A stretch of 42,147 bases of DNA, taken from the NCBI GenBank assembly GCA_031550405.1, contig JAVBOP010000049.1, forward strand, positions 1 to 42,147, in the 5' to 3' direction. The position numbers and the translations under genes are program-made. The DNA comes from Candidatus Kapaibacterium sp. (GTDB lineage Bacteria; Bacteroidota; Ignavibacteria; Kapaibacteriales; UBA2268). Below the pieces are notes generated by a model. The model saw only the letters and a list, made by a program, of their open reading frames with translations. It ran no database searches and had not been told where the DNA came from. This document shows, piece after piece, positions 36,917-42,147 of the stretch; the stretch's first letter is position 1, and each line of letters opens with the position of its first letter.

Positions 36917-38215
36917 ATGGTAAGTTCTAAAATTTGGATAATAATTAAACATGAATATGTGGCGAAAATCAAAACGAAAGGCTTTATTATAAGCACGATT
37001 GCAGCGCCTGTTTTTATGGTTGCAATAATCGCAATCCCGGCATTTGTAACGTATTTGACGATGTCGTCGGATGATAAGCATGAAAAAATTGCCATTGTCG
37101 ATAAAACCGATATGCTTGCTCAAAAAATTATCGGCAACGATGCAACTGACTATTTTACAACAGATGAGCCTGAAAATATTTTGCAGAATAAAATTTTGAA
37201 CGGCGAAATCAGCGGCGCCTTGATTTTAAATGAAAATACGCTTGCAAGCGGCACTGCCAAAATATTGACAAGCGAAAATACAGGTCTGAAATTTATCGAC
37301 AGGCTGCGGGATAAAGTTAATGCGGTTTTGAAAGAGCAGCGGCTGGCAGCGGCTGGTATCAGCCAGGAAACAATCGATTTGGTGAATGCCAACGTGCAGT
37401 TTGAAACGATAAAGGTAACGGCAAAGGGCGTTGAAGAGGATAATTCTGAATTTTTTTCAACGCTGGGCTATATTCTGGGATTTGTCATGTATGGGCTTAT
37501 GGTGCTTTATGGGCAACAGGTCATGCAAAGCGTTATTGAGGAAAAATCGAACCGTATAATTGAAGTTTTGGCTTCTTCCGCCAAGCCTTTTCAAATCATG
37601 TTCGGCAAGGTTGTAGGTATTGGTGCTGTTGGCTTGACACAGGTTGTAGCCTGGCTTGCAATAAGCGGCATTGCCTTATTTTTTGCAGGACAGTTGATGG
37701 ATCCAGCCTCAACCATTTCGAGCACTGTACGCTCCAATCCCGCAGCCAGTCAGGAAATGATAAGCATGTTAAATACAATGAAATTACCCACTATTTCTCC
37801 TTTGCTTGTAGTCGGCTTTATTTTTTATTTTCTTTCTGGATATTTCATTTACGCCACACTGTTTGCTGCCATTGGGTCATCGGTTGACCAGCTGCAAGAC
37901 GCCGGCAGTCTGTCAGCGCCTCTAACCTTAGTTGTCATACTGCCAATTTTATGTATTCCCAATGTGATGCTGAATCCGGAGGGAACGCTCGCTGTGGTGC
38001 TGTCGCTATTCCCATTTTTCTCGCCAATACTGATGGTAGCAAGAGTTGCAGCGATTTCCGTTCCGCTTTGGCAAATCATTTTATCGGTCGTATTATTAGT
38101 GGCAACATTCATTTGCTGTCTAAAAGCTGCCGCAAAAATATACAGAGTAGCCATGCTGAGCTACGGCAAAAAGCCAAGTTTCAAGGACATATTCAAATGG
38201 ACATTCGCAAAGTAA
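36917..38215 (+). CDS. ABC-2 family permease (NatB-like), no adjacent ATPase
   Basis: I prefer ATG 36917 (MVSSKIWIIIKHEYVAKIKTKGFIIST). It has a large extracytoplasmic loop after TM1, followed by 5 C-terminal TM segments. This is the typical NatB/YhaP architecture. Confidence 0.7.
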   Translation: MVSSKIWIIIKHEYVAKIKTKGFIISTIAAPVFMVAIIAIPAFVTYLTMSSDDKHEKIAIVDKTDMLAQKIIGNDATDYFTTDEPENILQNKILNGEISGALILNENTLASGTAKILTSENTGLKFIDRLRDKVNAVLKEQRLAAAGISQETIDLVNANVQFETIKVTAKGVEEDNSEFFSTLGYILGFVMYGLMVLYGQQVMQSVIEEKSNRIIEVLASSAKPFQIMFGKVVGIGAVGLTQVVAWLAISGIALFFAGQLMDPASTISSTVRSNPAASQEMISMLNTMKLPTISPLLVVGFIFYFLSGYFIYATLFAAIGSSVDQLQDAGSLSAPLTLVVILPILCIPNVMLNPEGTLAVVLSLFPFFSPILMVARVAAISVPLWQIILSVVLLVATFICCLKAAAKIYRVAMLSYGKKPSFKDIFKWTFAK

Positions 38216-38244
38216 GCGTAATGCCATCTTAGCATATATAGTTT

Positions 38245-38274
38245 AAGATATGGATATTCCCGTATCCATATCTT
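38245..38274. terminator. Bidirectional terminator, 12-bp perfect stem, overlaps the decarboxylase stop codon
   Basis: aagatatggata (38245..38256) pairs with tatccatatctt (38263..38274). Confidence 0.75.
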
Positions 38275-39679
38275 ACAGCTTCCTTATTGCGAGGCGGATT
38301 GCGGAGTGGGCAGAGGTTATATGGCGGTGTTCGATATTAGTTTGGGCTACAACAAAACGTAACGCATATATGCCGTTCAATGTAGTATGTGTCATGTATA
38401 TCTTGCCAGAATTATTAATTTTTTTTAATAATTCCCGATTCAGTGCGTTCAAATCACCAATATATTTAGCAGGATTATAGCGGAAACATATAGTATTCAG
38501 CGGCACAGGCGCCAAAATCTCAATATCGCCATCCTGTTGCAGCTTCGCCAGCATCTCCTTAGTCAGTGCAAGATGCAGCCTGATTTTTTCCTGCAAGCCA
38601 GCAATACCAAAGGAACGAATGACAAACCACAGCTTTAGCGCACGAAAACGCCGACCAAGCGGCACACCCCAATCGCGGTAATTATTCACGTTATTATCAT
38701 GCTGAGTCTTGAGATATTCAGGCGTGATGGCGAAAGTATTGACAAGCGTCTGGGCATCTTTTACGAAATATGCAGAGCAATCAAAATTAGTGAACAGCCA
38801 CTTGTGAGGATTAAAAACGAAAGAATCGGCATGCTGAACGCCTTGCAAATGGTGGCGATATTCTGGCAAAATCAGTGCAGAGCCAGCCAGCGCAGCATCG
38901 ATATGATACCACAGATTATATTTTTGGGCAATCTCGGCAATATCCGGTATGCTATCCAGCGCCGTGGTGCCTGTTGTGCCGAAAGCCGCAATCACCATAA
39001 GAGGGATATATCCATTCTCTAAGTCATTGATTATATTGCAGTTTAAGTCGCTAACATCCATTGTAAAATCATCTTTTGTTTTGATTTTAACCAAATTATT
39101 GCTGCCTATGCCTGATATGCGCACCGCCTTGTCGATGGAAGAATGGGCATCGATCGAGCAATATATTCTGAATTTATTTTCATTTAATCCAATACCATTG
39201 CTTTCAAAATGGCTATATCTTTCTCTTGCAGACAGTACTGCGGCAAGTGTTGCTGTTGAAGCAGTATCTTGTATAACTCCCGTAAAATAAGACGGTAAGC
39301 CTATCATGCCACGCAGCCAGTTCATTACCAGCTCTTCCAGTTCGGCAGCTGCCGGCGATGTTTCCCACAGCATACATTGCGCGCCCAGCGCAGCTGCCAA
39401 AAGCTCGCCGATTATAGATGGAAAACTGTTGTTTGCGGGGAAATAGGCATGGAAATTCGGGCTTTGCCAGTGGGTGATGCCGGGCATGATTTTTTTCTCG
39501 AAATCGGCAAATATATCATCAAAATTCTCAGGATATTCAGGTGGATTTTGACCAAGCGAATCGTACACATCGCGTGGTCTAACCTGTGATTTTACAGGGT
39601 ATTGCTCTATATTTTCAAAATAGCCGCAAATCCAGTCTATAGCTTTATATCCTGTCTGTCTAAATTCTTCTATATTCAT
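38273..39679 (-). CDS. Group II PLP-dependent decarboxylase (aromatic-L-amino-acid / tyrosine decarboxylase-like)
   Basis: 468 aa. Motifs HWQSPNFHAYFPA, TSPAAAELE, GVIQDTASTATL, WYHIDAALAGSA and FNPHKWLFTNFDCS (PLP-Lys). Confidence 0.85.
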   Translation of the reverse strand: MNIEEFRQTGYKAIDWICGYFENIEQYPVKSQVRPRDVYDSLGQNPPEYPENFDDIFADFEKKIMPGITHWQSPNFHAYFPANNSFPSIIGELLAAALGAQCMLWETSPAAAELEELVMNWLRGMIGLPSYFTGVIQDTASTATLAAVLSARERYSHFESNGIGLNENKFRIYCSIDAHSSIDKAVRISGIGSNNLVKIKTKDDFTMDVSDLNCNIINDLENGYIPLMVIAAFGTTGTTALDSIPDIAEIAQKYNLWYHIDAALAGSALILPEYRHHLQGVQHADSFVFNPHKWLFTNFDCSAYFVKDAQTLVNTFAITPEYLKTQHDNNVNNYRDWGVPLGRRFRALKLWFVIRSFGIAGLQEKIRLHLALTKEMLAKLQQDGDIEILAPVPLNTICFRYNPAKYIGDLNALNRELLKKINNSGKIYMTHTTLNGIYALRFVVAQTNIEHRHITSAHSAIRLAIRKL

Positions 39680-39887
39680 TATTTTAAAAACTTTTAAAAA
39701 AAAGGCAAAATTTCAGAAAGCAAATATGCAAAAATATATCGAAATAAGTATTATTAGCATAATTTGGTATTATTATAGCATCCTCTCCAGTAAGTTATTT
39801 AATTTTAAATTGTTTATGACATAAACGAGTTAATTATTACGCGCAATACGTACGATTATTAAAAAATATTCATAAAACAGTCTGTCT

Positions 39888-40015
39888 TTGGATGAAAAAG
39901 CGAGAATAGCGGGCATATTGGGCTTAAAGCGCCGCGCCAGCAAAAATCGTTGAAATAGACGGGCTTCATACATGTATGTATGTCTAAAAAAAGACGCTTA
40001 TGGATAGAAGTATAA
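39888..40015 (+). mobile_element. Short relic of an IS1-family transposase gene (three frame fragments)
   Basis: Adjacent frames read LDEKARIAGILGLKRRASKNR (HTH-like), VEIDGLHTCMYV and SKKRRLWIEV. Together they resemble the IS1-family block [LV]E.DE[LM]W[ST]FV.SKK...WIW. I saw no terminal repeats. Confidence 0.35.
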
Positions 40016-40170
40016 CATCAGAATTATATACTGCTTAGCAATATTTAAAAGGAAAACCGAATGCTGTTCCAAATCAGAAAATATGATTGAATGTTCGCTA
40101 TTTTTTCGTATATTTGCTACAATTTTTAATTGATAAAATAAATTACAACTATTATACACAGGTAAACACA

Positions 40171-42147
40171 ATGGCTTTTCCAGATTTTGCTAATATGGAT
40201 TTTAATCCAAGCACTTGCAACTGCAATTGCGTTAGCACGGATAAAACTGCATGGCTTGATAAAGCTGAAAAATGTGCAGGAAAACTTGATGTAGTTAAGT
40301 CAATGGAAAATATTGACATTAACCCGCTTTATACTAAAGCTGACACTGCCGATTATATCCATCCGGCATTCACCGCAGGTATAGCTCCTAATTTACGCGG
40401 TCCATATCCGACGATGTATGTTGCTCGTCCATGGACAATTCGCCAATATGCCGGTTTTTCAACTGCTGAGGAATCAAACGCATTTTATCGTAGAAATATT
40501 GCTGCTGGTCAGCAAGGTCTTTCTGTTGCATTCGATTTGGCAACTCACCGCGGTTATGATTCCGATCATGAGCGTGTTGTTGGTGATGTTGGTAAGGCAG
40601 GCGTTGCGGTAGATTCTATCCTTGATATGCAGATATTATTCGACAAGATTCCGCTTGACAAAATCTCCGTTTCAATGACTATGAACGGTGCGGTTTTACC
40701 AGTTTTGGCATTCTATATCGTTGCTGCATTAGAACAAGGTGCGAAACTTGAACAGCTTTCCGGTACAATCCAAAACGATATTTTGAAGGAATATATGGTG
40801 CGTAATACGTACATTTATCCGCCAGAAATATCGATGAAAATCATTGCCGATATTTTTGCATATACTTCTAAAAATATGCCGAAATTCAACAGCATTTCTA
40901 TTTCAGGTTATCACATGCAGGAAGCTGGCGCAACTAACGATATTGAAATGGGTTACACTCTTGCTGATGGTCTCGAATATATTCGTACCGGCATCAAAGC
41001 AGGTATTGATATTGATGCTTTTGCACCACGTTTGTCGTTCTTCTGGGCGGTTGGCATGAACTATTTCATGGAAATCGCGAAAATGCGTGCTGCACGTGTT
41101 CTTTGGGCGAAAATTGTTAAACAGTTTAATCCAAAAGACGCTAAATCATTGGCACTTAGAACGCACTGCCAAACTTCCGGTTGGAGCTTAACTGAACAAG
41201 ATCCGTTCAATAACGTTGCCCGCACATGTATCGAAGCTATGGGTGCTGCACTTGGTCATACTCAATCTTTGCATACAAATGCGCTCGACGAAGCGATTGC
41301 ATTGCCTACTGATTTCTCGGCTCGTATTGCCCGCAATACTCAAATTTATTTGCAGGAAGAAACTGGCATTACGAACGTTATTGATCCATGGGGCGGTTCA
41401 TATTATGTCGAAAAACTTACTGCGGAATTAATCGACAAAGGCTGGCAGCATATTCAGGAAATCGAAAGTCTTGGCGGCATGGCAAAAGCTATTGAGTCAG
41501 GCATTCCAAAGATGAGAATTGAAGAAGCTGCTGCACGTAAGCAGGCTCGTATTGATTCTGGTGCTGAAACTATTGTCGGCGTAAATAAATATCGCCTCGA
41601 AAAAGAAGAGCCGCTCGAAATCCTTGATATTGACAACTCAGCAGTACGTGAAGCACAAATTGCACGCCTCAAAAAATTACGCGAAAACCGCGATAATACT
41701 AAGGTTGAGCAAATTCTTGATGCAATCACAAAATGTGCTGATACTGGCGAAGGCAATTTGCTTGAACTGGCAGTTGAAGCCGCACAAGCTCGCGCATCTT
41801 TAGGCGAAATCAGCTATGCAATCGAAAAGGTTAAGGGTCGCCATAACGCAACTATCCGCACGATTAGCGGTGTTTATAGTGGGGAATTTATGAATCAAGA
41901 TGTTATTGCGGATGTTCGCAAACTTACAGATGAATTTGAGAAAAAAGACGGTCGTCGGCCTCGCATTCTTGTTGCGAAACTGGGACACGAGGGTCAGGCT
42001 AGAGGTGCAAAAGATGTGGCTACAGCTGATGCCGATTTAGGTTTTGACGTAGATGTGGGTTCATTATTCCAAACACCTCAGGAAACAGCTAAACAGGCGG
42101 TGGAAAACGACGTGCATGTTGTTGGTGCTAGTTCGCTTGCTGCTGGA
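40171..42147 (+). CDS. Methylmalonyl-CoA mutase, large subunit fused to B12-binding domain (3' end beyond window)
   Basis: Open frame of 659 codons from ATG 40171 to the window end. Motifs [62 protein letters not shown] and [18 protein letters not shown]. The C-terminus begins the B12-binding domain ([10 protein letters not shown]...GAK...DLGFDVDVG...[12 protein letters not shown]). Confidence 0.9.
   Translation, partial: MAFPDFANMDFNPSTCNCNCVSTDKTAWLDKAEKCAGKLDVVKSMENIDINPLYTKADTADYIHPAFTAGIAPNLRGPYPTMYVARPWTIRQYAGFSTAEESNAFYRRNIAAGQQGLSVAFDLATHRGYDSDHERVVGDVGKAGVAVDSILDMQILFDKIPLDKISVSMTMNGAVLPVLAFYIVAALEQGAKLEQLSGTIQNDILKEYMVRNTYIYPPEISMKIIADIFAYTSKNMPKFNSISISGYHMQEAGATNDIEMGYTLADGLEYIRTGIKAGIDIDAFAPRLSFFWAVGMNYFMEIAKMRAARVLWAKIVKQFNPKDAKSLALRTHCQTSGWSLTEQDPFNNVARTCIEAMGAALGHTQSLHTNALDEAIALPTDFSARIARNTQIYLQEETGITNVIDPWGGSYYVEKLTAELIDKGWQHIQEIESLGGMAKAIESGIPKMRIEEAAARKQARIDSGAETIVGVNKYRLEKEEPLEILDIDNSAVREAQIARLKKLRENRDNTKVEQILDAITKCADTGEGNLLELAVEAAQARASLGEISYAIEKVKGRHNATIRTISGVYSGEFMNQDVIADVRKLTDEFEKKDGRRPRILVAKLGHEGQARGAKDVATADADLGFDVDVGSLFQTPQETAKQAVENDVHVVGASSLAAG

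Noticed and set aside
39680-40170. Cobalamin riboswitch upstream of the methylmalonyl-CoA mutase gene.
   Set aside because: No B12-box (GCCACUG-like) or matching helices are seen. The only GC-rich patch is better explained as an IS1-like coding relic.
1-42147. CRISPR arrays, tRNA/rRNA/tmRNA genes, integrases, restriction-modification, toxin-antitoxin or other known defence modules.
   Set aside because: I found no direct-repeat/spacer arrays, no tRNA-like T-arm/acceptor sequences and no recognisable signature motifs of these families when reading both strands. A proper tRNAscan, Infernal or DefenseFinder run would be needed to be certain.

Overview
AT-rich 42 kb chromosomal segment. It most likely comes from an FCB-superphylum bacterium (Bacteroidota / Ignavibacteriota-like). 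Support: a T9SS C-terminal sorting domain, a CarboxypepD_reg-type TonB-dependent receptor, DUF4136/DUF4139 proteins, and several TAnnTTTG -7-like promoter boxes. It is atypical for Bacteroidota in that it also encodes CheV and uses AGGAG Shine-Dalgarno sites.

I call about 37 protein genes. They are mostly housekeeping or envelope functions:
- Enzymes and core functions: C69 dipeptidase, glutathione peroxidase, ThiG, RluB-like, TpiA, PheT, FolB, GrpE, Ptb, a group II PLP decarboxylase and methylmalonyl-CoA mutase.
- Envelope and transport: DUF4139 protein, TonB receptor, LptC, an OmpA-family protein, a POT-like MFS transporter and an ABC-2 permease.
- Regulators and signalling: a membrane AraC regulator and CheV.

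I saw no rRNA, tRNA, CRISPR array, intact transposase or recognisable defence system.

Observations worth a second look:
1. A YtrA-type GntR/ABC operon carries a His-rich 4-TM protein and three tandem, mosaically diverged membrane-protein paralogs.
2. A 22-bp palindrome, TTTATGAA-N6-TTCATAAA (ARG-box-like core TGAAT-N4-ATTCA), recurs in almost every larger intergenic region.
3. A GC-rich hairpin element of about 90 nt upstream of ptb is bracketed by two copies of that palindrome.
4. Single in-frame TAA codons interrupt two neighbouring conserved genes (a GT2 glycosyltransferase and folK). There is also a frameshifted small lipoprotein gene and an IS1-like relic.
5. The methylmalonyl-CoA mutase has its cobalamin-binding DxHxxG motif replaced by ExQxxG.
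6. A DUF4136 lipoprotein carries an extreme Trp/Tyr/Asp-rich insert.

All family calls rest on motif recognition by eye. No database search was possible.
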